NCBI GenBank assembly: GCA_026025075.1
Contig: JAPEUI010000069.1
Location: 1-64,000, forward strand
Direction: 5' to 3'
From: Vezdaea acicularis
Lineage: Eukaryota
Length of the DNA stretch: 64,000 nt
Of the stretch, positions 38,695-49,819 are shown piece by piece. The translations under genes and the position numbers were made by a program. Within the stretch, counting starts at the first letter, position 1. Every line of letters begins with the position of its first letter. The notes below the pieces were generated by a model, which searched no databases, had not been told where the DNA came from, and saw only the letters and a program-made list of their open reading frames with translations.

Positions 38695-40536
38695 ATGCTA
38701 TCTTCTAAGCTTGCCGTGGTGCTGAGCACCTTCTTTTTTGCTTCACGTGTTGCAGGCCATGGATTGGTCCTTGGCATCGTCGCCAATGGTGTCTGGTAAG
38801 GAATCTCTAGCAGCTAGTATATGCCTACTCTAACATGAGCTAGGTATCAGGGATACAGCCCGAGCTTTCAATACCAGAAGCCTCCTCCGACAGTTATTGG
38901 ATGGAGTATCCCACAGGATCAGGACACTGGTTTTGTCTCCGACTACACTAATCCTGACATCATCTGCCACAAAGGAGCTACTCCTGGTGGGACTCACGCC
39001 ACAGTTCCGGCTGGTGGCAGTGTAGAGCTTCAGTGGACAAAATGGCCCCACCCTGGTCCCATTATCGACTACCTCGCCAATTGCAACGGCGACTGCGAAA
39101 AAGTCGACAAGAATGCCCTTAAATTCTTCAAGATTAGTGAAGCTGGAATGATTAGCGGTAATCCTCTTCCTGCGAAGTGGGCTTCTGATACCTTGATCGC
39201 GAACAACAACTCATGGACGGTGACTATACCAAAAGATATTGCGCCTGGGAACTATGTCCTTAGACACGAGATCATTGCACTTCATCAATCTGAGAACATC
39301 AATGGCGCTCAGAACTATCCTCAATGCGTAAATATCCAAGTCACAGGGGGTGGTTCGGCAAATCCTTCGGGCGTACCTGGCACAGAGCTCTATCACGCCA
39401 CGGACCCGGGCATCCTGGTTAACATATACAAGACTACGGATACCTATGCTATCCCAGGCCCAAGCCTATATTCTGGCGCGATTCAGATCTCACAGACTAT
39501 GCCTGCCGCTCCTACAGCTTCTGCGACTGGTCCTGTCGGTGGCTCAGCGGCTGCTGCTAGCTCCGCAAGCAACGCGTCCCCGACCTCGTCGGCCGCAGCC
39601 TCTTCTGTTTTGTCCAGCAGTGGTTCAGTTTCATCGGTATCTACAACTGCAGCAGCGTTCTACACGCTACCTGCTGGTGCAGCGTCGCCATCACCAAAGA
39701 AGCCAACGACTCCAACCTCGCCACACGCAGCTTACTCCTCACCATCCAGCTCCTTAGGTAATAGCATTCCAAGCGCAACATGCTGCCCTACTGCTACGAC
39801 GCCCGATATGCCGCTACCGTCAGGAATGACTCTACGTCAGCTCCTCGGTTGGGTCGAACTGGCTATCAAGCGGGTCCTCGACGGAGCCAGCCTTGACCAA
39901 CCTGTCACCCAGAAGCGTAGGAGACATGCCAGAGATTTAAACGCCTCCGTCCTGGAAAAACGTGGCCAATGCGTTCCATGTCCTAACGGGCCAGCCGCCA
40001 GTGGAGCCGCAACGGATGCTACAAGCGCGCAGACGACATCCTCCCCTTCTTCTGCCGCATCCTCAGGATACACCACACTCTCCACCACCGCAAGTACCGC
40101 TAGCGCCGCCAGCGCCAGCAGTACCGCGAAAGACACCGCAAGTGCGTATGCTGCGGCCTTCTATGCTTCACCATCCGAGTCAAGCATCATCTTGACCAAG
40201 ACAGAACATAGCCATCACAGTCCCACCGTCAGCCCGATAGCTGATGCTACCGATGCCACTCCCGGCGTTGCCACACCCTCTGGCCATCACCATCACCCTT
40301 ATCATTGTGAAAGTCCAGGTGCTAGCCCCATCGAAGGGCCAGATGGCACGCCGAGTCCGACGCCGACGCCCCATGCGAAGAAAGAGTGCTCGGCCATGCC
40401 ATATGGAACAGGCTCGTATACCTACAAGCCGAAGTATACGGCGAGTGGGACGCCCGTGGCGGATGGCGCATCGATTGGGGCGCCGACGCCTACTGCGATG
40501 AGCGGTGGAGAGTATGGGAAGCGGTGGGTGCAGTGA
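38695..40536 (+). CDS. AA9 lytic polysaccharide monooxygenase with long C-terminal extension
   Basis: Signal peptide followed by His1 (HGLV, 38758), [33 protein letters not shown]; intron 38796-38843; alternative in-frame ATG at 38686. Confidence 0.93.
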
Positions 40537-40924
40537 GGAAGAGACTGTAAGATTCGATGTACGATGTAGCGTTAGCTATCTTCAAAGTTATGGATAGGCC
40601 ATTTTGGCACCGGTTGCCCATGTAGGCGATACTTGAGTTCTGGATCTTGACGGCCGCGCCGTCGGTTGCTGTATTCTATTTTTTTGTATATATGATTTCA
40701 ATTCCAGTGGGGTGGAGTCAGTTCCCATCCTGCACATCTGATGGCACGTAGAGGCACAGGGGGCCTCCTTTCAATAGGATTCTCGATGAGAAACACCTCT
40801 TGTGAAATAATGGACTGAATGGCGACATCACACACCCTCATGCTTAATGGGCTCGTACAGGTTTACTAGTACTAGATTATCACATGCCAGCATGTTTCCA
40901 ATGCGGTTAGAAACCCTCGTGGCT

Positions 40925-41622
40925 ATGGTGCCATTACGCAACCGAATGGCTCAAGATCGCATCCATACATCGTCAAAAAAACGTGGCTCTCCCCCAACGC
41001 ACGAGGCTGGATCCCGCCGCCTTTTGCACCAAATAGGAAGAGTAAAAGGGACCTATGTGTCAAGCCGTCAAGCCCAACACAGGGTACCTGAACTCGGCGA
41101 CTTTTGTGATAGTGATGGCTGCCGATCGCAAGGAGGAGAGTGGTCCCAATACCCAGCGAAATGCAGGAACGTCCTTGTGCTGTGCCCCTCCCCATGTTGC
41201 CGCGGCCCAATAAGAAGGGTGCCGACGCCCACAAACCTTTGCGTCACCAATTTTTTTCTTCTCGAAAATGGCTTCCACATCCACACCGCGGATTTTGGTC
41301 GCGGGCAGAGGATACGACCGTCGGCGACGATACAAAAGGGAACACCGATCACGCAGCGGTCGGACAACCGCCCTCTGCTTTGACGGCGGACGCTTCTGCT
41401 CCTCTGTAAAAGGGCGCTAGAAGCAGCTAGCGCATTATTGCGTGATCGCGCTGAGGGATTCGCAAGGCGACGGTCTCGGAGGGAAGGGATGAGACGGTGG
41501 AAGATGGAAGGGCAGCGAAGACGGCGGGGGCTTTGGCTCTCTATGATCGCATTGGAGAACAAGGGACTCCATTGGCTGCCTGCGGTCATCTCGATATTAT
41601 TCAGCGCTGCGGCTGGCGTCAT
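40925..41622. promoter_or_regulatory. putative CYS-3/MetR bZIP sites upstream of MET16
   Basis: ATGGTGCCAT (ATGRYRYCAT) at 40925 overlapping ATTACGCAAC; CTGGCGTCAT at 41613. Confidence 0.4.
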
Positions 41623-41817
41623 TCTGGTGGTCAGGTCAGGATGAGCCCACAGAAGTCGTATTTTTTGTTCCTTGGCTGTCCGATATTAGGACGCGAATGA
41701 AATCACCACTGGTTCCCTTGCCTGTCCATAAGTTGGACGCCTTTGTTCCATATCCGATAATTGCTTTTCTCTCCATCCTGCCCCTCACCCTTCATACTCC
41801 AACCAGCACCGCGCAAG

Positions 41818-42777
41818 ATGTCTTTTTCTCCAGCCAAGGAGGACATGTCGAGGCATAATCTAGAGTCCGGATATGCTTCCGGCAATTCGAGTGAAATAAG
41901 CATAGCTGAAGTCTACTTCACAAAGCCCCATCTGAAGTTCATAAACAAGCAATTGCAGAACCTGGAGCCCGAAGGTAAGGAAACCCAGTAATAATGTGAA
42001 AAAGAGCCCGTGTCGCTAACAAGTGCCCCAGAGATATTACAATGGTGCCAAATAAGTCTCCCTTCACTGTTCCAGACAACAGCCTTCGGTCTTTCCGGCC
42101 TCGTCACCCTAGACATGCTCTCGAAGATATCGAAACCCCACGCCCCTCAAATCGACCTTATCTTCCTCGACACACTATACCACTTCTCAGAAACCCTTGC
42201 CTTGGTTGAGCGCGTCAAGCGACGATACCCAAACGCCAACCTCCACGTATATAAGCCAGAAGGTGTAGAGACGACCGCTGAGTTTGAGGCCAAGCATGGA
42301 GAGCGACTATGGGAGCGAGACGACGAGCTATACGACTGGGTAGCCAAAGTCGAGCCTGCACAACGCGCCTACAGCGAGTTGCAAGTAAAAGCGGTTCTCA
42401 CCGGCCGTCGGAGAAGCCAAGGAGGCAAGCGCGGTGACATGGACATCGTGGAAGTAGACGAGGCCGGCCTGATCAAAGTCAACCCGCTAGCAAACTGGTC
42501 GTTTGCGAAGGTGAAAGCATACATCGACCAGAATAACGTGCCCTACAACGAGCTGCTGGACCGCGGATACAAGAGCGTGGGCGACTGGCACTCGACGCAA
42601 GCAACGAAAGAGGGCGAAGACGAGCGGAGCGGCCGATGGAAAGGCCAACAAAAGACCGAATGCGGCATCCACAACCCGAAAAGCAAATATGCGCAATTCC
42701 TGAGAGATCAGGAATTGAAGAAGCAAGGGGAGGCGCTGCAGCAGGCTCTGCAGACTCGTTTGGACATAGATGCCTGA
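41818..42777 (+). CDS. MET16: PAPS reductase
   Basis: QTTAFGLSGL, FLDTLYHF, TGRRRSQGG, GYKSVGDWHST, ERSGRWKG..KTECGIH; intron ~41974-42031. Confidence 0.96.
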
Positions 42778-43213
42778 CAGTGGTTTGCGGTTGCACCCGG
42801 AGGGTTGCGATCTGCGCTTAGAGAGCGATGACGGCATGTGCTCGTTGCACTGCCAGGGTTGGGTTTGGACTTTTGCCATGAGCGAAAAAAATTCTAGATT
42901 TTAGACAGTCAAAAGGTTAATGCATCAGTTTCGAAAATGATAATTTAAGAATTTGAGACAAGGTAGTGGCGGGGATTGTTCCATGCGTGGTTGAAATAGA
43001 GCAGCCAACGGCGTCGCCCCCCACAAAGTTATGCTAACTTCGAGTCGCGTCTTACCTGTCCTAGAGTGAAACGAGAAAGTCCCATAGACCAGCCTTGCGC
43101 TTATTAGATTTTGTAGGCATGACAAGGAGAATAGCATGTCACATGATGGACATACAAACTCGCTCTCGAAACCGCAGCTGCTGTAGACCGTCCCGATAAT
43201 TTCTCAAACCCGT

Positions 43214-45154
43214 CTAGAGACTTAGCAAAACCTGTTCACCCGCCTCATCACCCCAAACCATCCCACTCTCACTTCCGCAACAGGCCTGACTCACGTAAGT
43301 ACCGTTACAAGCACACGCCCATTCCTCGACCAGACTTCTCCCACCCAGTCCCATATTCGAGCTTCTGCCCACATCCTTCGACAGCTCTGCCCAAATCCCA
43401 CATCCGCCTACCCTCCACAACCCACCTATGAGCCTGTTCGTCAAGCACCTACACCCGTCTACCCAGCCCGAACACTTGAAATTGCGGTCACACTCGCCCG
43501 GACAGGTATCCTCCACGGGCTTTCGTGTAGACGCGAGATTGGGATAGCTGCCTCGCGCTATGGGCGTTTGTCTTGTCACAGGCACTCTAGCTCGTGAACC
43601 CGCTCTCGCCCTCGCCCTGTCCTGTGGGGGCGGGCCGGGGCTTGGAACGATTGCCGGTGGGTTTGCGCAGAGGTTGTTGTCGTCGGTGCCGCAGAGGCCT
43701 TGTTGATGAGCCAGGTCTGCGTCCGAGTATATCCTAGTATACGTCTTGCCATCCTGCAGCTTCGCGTAGATGCCGACGATCACGCCCTGCTCATCATGCA
43801 CGAAGCCATGCTCATCGTCGATCGGCTCGCGTGTGTAGCCTCCGCTGGAGCCTGGACCAGCCGGAGAAGGTGTTGGTGGGGGCGTTGGTGTGGCCTCTGT
43901 TGTGGTAGAAGAGCTGCTGCTTGATGAAGAGGAATCGGCGGCTAATGTTTGCGGGCCAGCCGCAGGAGTCTCAGGGCCGGATATGACAGTCCTAGGATCA
44001 GCTGCTGGAGTCTGGGAATCGGCAAACCGGAACCATTTCGTGGAGCCATCCACAACGGACCAAGCGCCGACTATGTCTTGATTAGCGTTTGTCAGGAAGC
44101 CACTCTCAGGATCGGCTTTGACAATCTCTTCTGGATCTGCAGCCTGTCCAGAAGTCCCGGCGGTATCTCCTGAGGTCCCAGTGCCTTGTCCTGAAGTACC
44201 AGCGCCTTGTCCCGAAGTACCAGCGCCATGTCCCGAAGTACCAGCGCCTTGTCCCTGGCTGCCAACGTCCTCGCCAAGATAGAGTCCGGTCAGACTATCG
44301 ATAAGTGCTTCGTCAGGCTGAACAAATTCCAGGGCTTCTTCGGAGCGGGTCCACGTCCTATCCTCTATCTGGAAGGCCAAAATTTCTTTTTGACCGTAGC
44401 GGCACCTGCAGACTGAAAGGCAGAACTTGATAGTCTCTGCATCACGCATCGCAGGATCAGAAAGGGCTTCGAAGAAAACAGGCTTTGCAGGCGGCGCTCC
44501 CCAACACACGCCACCGGCATTTGCAAAACTATACGTAGATTCGTTAACCTATCAGTGTCGAGACTTGGGGCCTTTGAAAACCCACGATGAGCCTCCAACA
44601 GCTCGTGCGGCACACATGCTGTGGGCGGTCTGAAAGTTCACACCTTCGAACGGATGACCGGCCGGGAATACCCGTGCGGGTCCATCGCAGATTATCTCCA
44701 GGGAAGGGTTGTAGGTCGTTGTGAAGATGGCATCCCAATCAGTCAGGCCGATGTGGTTTGCCCGTTCTGGTGGAATGTGCGGTTCCGCGGCCGCACCAGC
44801 AGCAGCAAGCTCTTCTGGGACGTTTTGAGGAACATTCTCCGCCAAATTTTCGGGAATCTGCCCTGGTGAAGAGCCTGTACTTTCCAATGACCCAGCATCT
44901 GAGCCTGCCGGGCTTCTCCGAGCAAGGCGAGAATTGTTGTGGGTCGCGTCAAGAACGTAGGCATACTTGAGATTTCCTGAGATAGCTTCGGCCATCATTC
45001 TGAAGGCATCTTGCCACTGGCTCATATTGCTGGAGGCTTGCGGTGATGGCGACGAGGTGGCCTGATTGGGAGCGGCAGAAACCCATAGAGAGCAACAGAG
45101 GGCTATCAAACCCCACACGAGCGGACTGGAGTTGCGAGGTAGTAGCCACAGCAT
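43214..45154 (-). CDS. secreted Cys-rich modular protein of unknown function (~627 aa)
   Basis: Signal peptide, dibasic ARR site, intron 44529-44585 joining MCAA..GGSS/FANAGGVC...CLSVCRC, repetitive linker, C-terminal Cys domain CACNGTYVSQACC. Confidence 0.75.
44146..44255 (-). repeat. 21-bp coding minisatellite (~5 copies, GAGTSGQ)
   Basis: Unit like ccttgtccYgaagtaccagcg, repeated with degeneration. Confidence 0.9.
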
Positions 45155-45879
45155 ATTGAAGCAATCCTGTGAAGAGTTCAAAGGGCCTTGTATGTCTAGA
45201 GTCGGTGCTTGCCTCAAAAAGACTTAGAGATAAGAGAGATGACAATACCAAGTAGCTGAAAGCTGTTTGATGTATGTCGAGATGCTAGTGACTCTGATGC
45301 CACTATGTGGTCTAACCTCTCCAAATGAGCCAAGGCACGGTAGCATCTATACGCGTGGGTCCTGGAAATATCGCATACTAGAAATTCAGACAGCTACAAG
45401 CGAGAACCTTCGCCTGAGGACATCCATGGAGGTCAATGCACAAACCAACCAGAGTGAGATACTCTTGCGATCTTAGGGTGTTTGGGAAATGATCGCATGT
45501 AAGACCACGATCGCTCAGAGCCAAGGAAGCGGTTGGACGTGAACGACATTAAGTAATTGGACCTAAAAGCGACTCTATGGCGAACTTCAAACCTAGCCGA
45601 CCCTTTTTCACTGTGTACACAAGCAGTGTATCACCAAATATCTCTATGAGAGATTTGTCGAAAGCTGGAGGTGTTAGGGCTCGGTAATTTTCTAGCCGAA
45701 TTTTATGCAGCACTGGCCAGTCTTGAAAAGCCCGTATGCTGTGCGCTTCCCACGCCAATGATACTATCGTATTTCCAGAGGAGTTTGCCTATCTTGGACA
45801 AGAGGGCCACAGGAATAGGTACCTAGATCTAAGGATATCAAGCATCGACCACCATTGTCGGAAGTCAATAAGTACGAGG

Positions 45880-47522
45880 TTAAGCCAGCAAAGCTTCTTG
45901 CTCTTCCTTAGTGAAGCCAAGAACGTAGAGTATATCTAATAGGCTCTCGGCGTTGAGGCGAGTTGGCGCCTGTGTCACATACAAGATCAGACTGAGGTAC
46001 TGAGATATCTGGTAAGAGTTTTGACAGACCTCAAGTTGTACAAGGGGTTTCGCATTGAAAGCGACTCCAAGCCCTGCTGTCATCAACATAGGGAGGTCGT
46101 TGGCGCCATCACCAATTGCGAGAACCTGCTTTAAGGGAATATTTTCCTTTTCAGCGATTTCCTCGAGTAGAACCGCCTTCCGCTCAGCGTTCACAAGCGG
46201 CTCCGAAATCCCCCCAGTCAACCATCTACCATCATCGCTTACAATCAGCTAAACAAACATCCATTAGCATCAAACAGTCAAACAGGGATGAACCTTAGTT
46301 CTGCGCCAGGGTTTATCTTGTGTATTCAAGGTATGAGATTTGTGACCCACGTTGTTCGCGTAAACGTAGTCTAGACCAAGCTCCTCTCCGATCCATTCCG
46401 CGAGAGGGACAAATCCGCCGCTTAGGACTGCCATTTTGAAGCCTAACCGTTTCAATGCTTTGCAGAGCTCATGCGCACCTGGCGTGTACGTTATTGAAGA
46501 CTTTACACGTTCTAGTACGTCTGCTGGTGCTCCTTTGAGTAAGGTACCAACGCGCATGTGAAGGGATGTATTAAAATCCAGCTCGCCATTCATGGCCCGT
46601 CGAGTGATTGCCTATAGGTTGCCATCAAAAGAGGTGGAAGGACTGTTTCGATTTCAATACATACAGAAACTTCCTTTTCCTTGCCCACTAACTTGGCAAC
46701 CTCGTCTATGACTTCCTGCTGTATTAGCGTGCTGTCCATATCAAACACAGCCAGGCGCTTGTGCTTCCTCCATACATTCTCTTTCTGAAGCACGACTTCG
46801 ACGTTCCACTCTCGTTCAAACCGCCACAAGCTTTCGTGCCTTCTCAGTTCAGGAAAACTAATATACTCAGGATTTGGTGGAGGTGAAAACGTGATATCCA
46901 TGACTCTTGGATGCTCCTGAGCATCAAGGCACCGATGTGAGGATGTGATACGCTGATAAGGGTGTTGAAGCTCATCTAAAACATGAAGAAAATATGTCAA
47001 GCATATTTGTGAAATATAAGGTCCATACAAATGATCAAGCGGTTCAGGCTCAGGAGGAGGTGGCTCAAGGGGGTAATTCTCCATGTTGGTTGTTGGGGCC
47101 GCTCCTGCAGATGGTTGTGGCTGCGGTGGCAGATGCTCAAGATTTGGGCTGGAGGATTGATCTGGATGAAGATGAGGATGCCGTGGGGTCTGAGAGTTGT
47201 AGAAAAGAGTTGCTACTATTTTTTCGGCATCTTCTGGGCCCGGCTGGCAGTTGCGATGGGACATCGCGTGCACAATGCCACTGTCTTTGATACGGGAAGG
47301 ATTTTGTGAGGTAGTCTTGGCTTTACTGTGCGAAAAGCTTTTCTCGGTGAGAGCTCCAGAAGTAATCGTTGTAAAGCTCTCTTCCACCGCACCATCAAGG
47401 CTTTGGCCCTGTTGAGGGGCTCGATATTGCTGATGATCCTGGATATAAGAGCCCCCCGTAACAGACCCATGCCTAAGCATAGGGCGGCCAGCGCGTGCCG
47501 CCGGCTTCTCCTCTGTCGACAT
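45880..47522 (-). CDS. SER2: phosphoserine phosphatase (HAD family)
   Basis: AVFDMDSTLIQQEVIDE, AMNGELDF, VLSGGF, AIGDGANDL..AGLGVAFNAKP; three introns. Confidence 0.94.
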
Positions 47523-48002
47523 TTTGAGATGACCTTGCTTGTACTGTACAGTGTGCTCTTTGAGTTACTAGACTTGCATAGAAGCACCTGCAATATATGT
47601 TCAAGCCACGACGAGATGTTCTAGGGTTGTAGAAATTGCTTTTGAATATATGGTGTGGCTAAGTTTGTTGCATCTTACCGTAAATCCTGTAGGAAACCTG
47701 AGCCCATACACCATTGGGTGTAGGCACACCGGATCGAGCGCGGAGACTAACTACTTCTGTTTCTGTGTGCTACTGAATATCACGCTTGTGTCTGGTTCGT
47801 TGATTGGCGTGGCCAATTGGAACGCGGTCGCAAAACGTCACCACGCGTTTGTTTTCTCTTGGCTGAAGCAACCCCATCATAGAAACCCAGCCTTGGTTCT
47901 TGTCTTATCGGAGAATTCAGAAAGCTCGAGTCGCTAATCTCCTACCATTTGGAGGGCAACTTGCCAGCAACTGGGCATATATAGTCATTTCCAAGGGTTA
48001 TC

Positions 48003-49045
48003 ATGCCTTCGAATAAGTTACCAGTGTCGAACGCTCGCACAGCATTGGATCGTGCGGCCCCGGACTCCACTTCAAGGCTGCCTAACTACTTGAGGTTTCC
48101 GCTGCTAGTTACATTGAGTTTAACGGCCTCCTCCTTGTCATATTCTCTCGCGTCAGAATATATTGCAGGAGATTTTGCAAGCGTTAGCCGGAGATTGAAT
48201 AACCCTTGGGAAGTTCTTGGTCTCCTTGCGTGGAGGGCTTCGGAGCTTGCTGTTGGGTGGTATTGTGGTTATGATGGTGGGTCTTCCCTATCTTTGGAAC
48301 AGGATAATGGTACTCATTCAGTTACTAAGGAATCGACCTTGCGTCCCTCACTTTGCTGTCACATCTTCCTCCTCTCTACCTCCTTGCCACATTTTATTCC
48401 ATCAGACCCAGCACGGTCATTACTTCTTTGATAATTGACATTCTTACTACATATATACCATTCCACCTTCTCCGACCTCTGGCACCCACTCACAACCCTT
48501 CCGCTGCCGCTAGTACCTCCATCGATCGAATGATAGTCGATGATGTGTATGTTCGCATTTGGACCACCCTTCTAGCAGCAAGCATATACGGAATCGTCAT
48601 TTACGGCAGTTACAGAGCCTGGCTTCCCGTTTTTCTGATTCAACATTTCGAAGGGATCAAGGACTTGTCCCAGGCGCACTCATTAGGGTACATCGCGGTA
48701 CTACTCGGGATCTTACCTGTTGGTCATGCTGCCCGAGAGTTCATCTTCACACCTTCGAGCAGCTCGAGAGCCAGCTCTTTAAACATTAAAGATTCCTCGG
48801 ATAAGCTTGTGACCGTCACAGCGAAACAGAAGATCACGAGGTTTATCTGGGGCTTCGAGCCGAGGACAAAGACGGTCATCGAGCGTACTGGAACACTCAT
48901 ACTTGTCAGCGGATTCAACACCTGGTTCCAGACGTTTATGACTGTTGAGGGTGTTGAGAGTCTCGGTGCGGCCGGGTGGTCAGGAGTCTGGGCAACTGCA
49001 GCAGCATTGACAGGTCTGATGTTCTGGTGGGTCGGAGATGTCTGA
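48003..49045 (+). CDS. multi-pass membrane protein of unknown function
   Basis: Two ORFs joined in frame by intron 48277-48329; several hydrophobic helices. Confidence 0.7.
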
Positions 49046-49819
49046 GAATATTTTCTACCCTACGTGGTGCGCAAGATACATTGCCGTGATCATCTTTAGC
49101 GAAATCAGGAAGCCATTATCTTCAATTGAATGGGGTGCATCTACTTTTAGGTCCCGAGGTACACAATATGTTGTCTTGCGCCATTTATTACTTGCAGTTC
49201 ATGCGAATTTAATGAACTTTATGAGTGGTGGTCTGGACTATTACTACCCCAAGAAAGGGATGTACTCTTGGACCAATCAACGCTTAGCTGGATTCATGAT
49301 GACGTTTTGCTTTAATAACCACGCTCAAGGGATCGCACAGAAGAGTCAACAAAATCCTTTTATATTAAAATTAAAAGCTCTCATTGGAAATAAAAGTTCG
49401 CATTGCCTATCGGTCATAGATTATGAATTGTAGTTCATGACACCAATTGCTTTCGTTTGCCCTCGTGACATGAAGTGGCATTGATCTTGATGAGGCGCGG
49501 TGCGTGGTGGGTGCATGCGTCCACATGAGCAAAGTAATGTTTCTTGAATTTCACGTTGCTAGGGCACGCTACCTGGTAATGCCGTCATTAGTAAAAGCTT
49601 TCTCTTTGCTGGGAAGTTTGTTCGGTTTTCTGCAGAGTCTACTGTGAGCTGGTTCCTCTGGGGCCGTTCGGCCTTCCGAGTCATAACTCCGAAGGCCCCG
49701 CTGACACATCACACTATTCAATTCGTCTGATTTACAACTTTTCCTCCTGGCTGAACATATAGACCAATCAATCCTTATTAATAGCATACATATCCGTCTC
49801 TCACATCGCCTATCCGAGG

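Noticed and set aside
40847..41700. Overlapping 67-184 aa ORFs between AA9 and MET16
   Set aside because: No recognisable domain, Arg/Ser-rich shadow-like composition and mutually overlapping frames; more simply the MET16 promoter.
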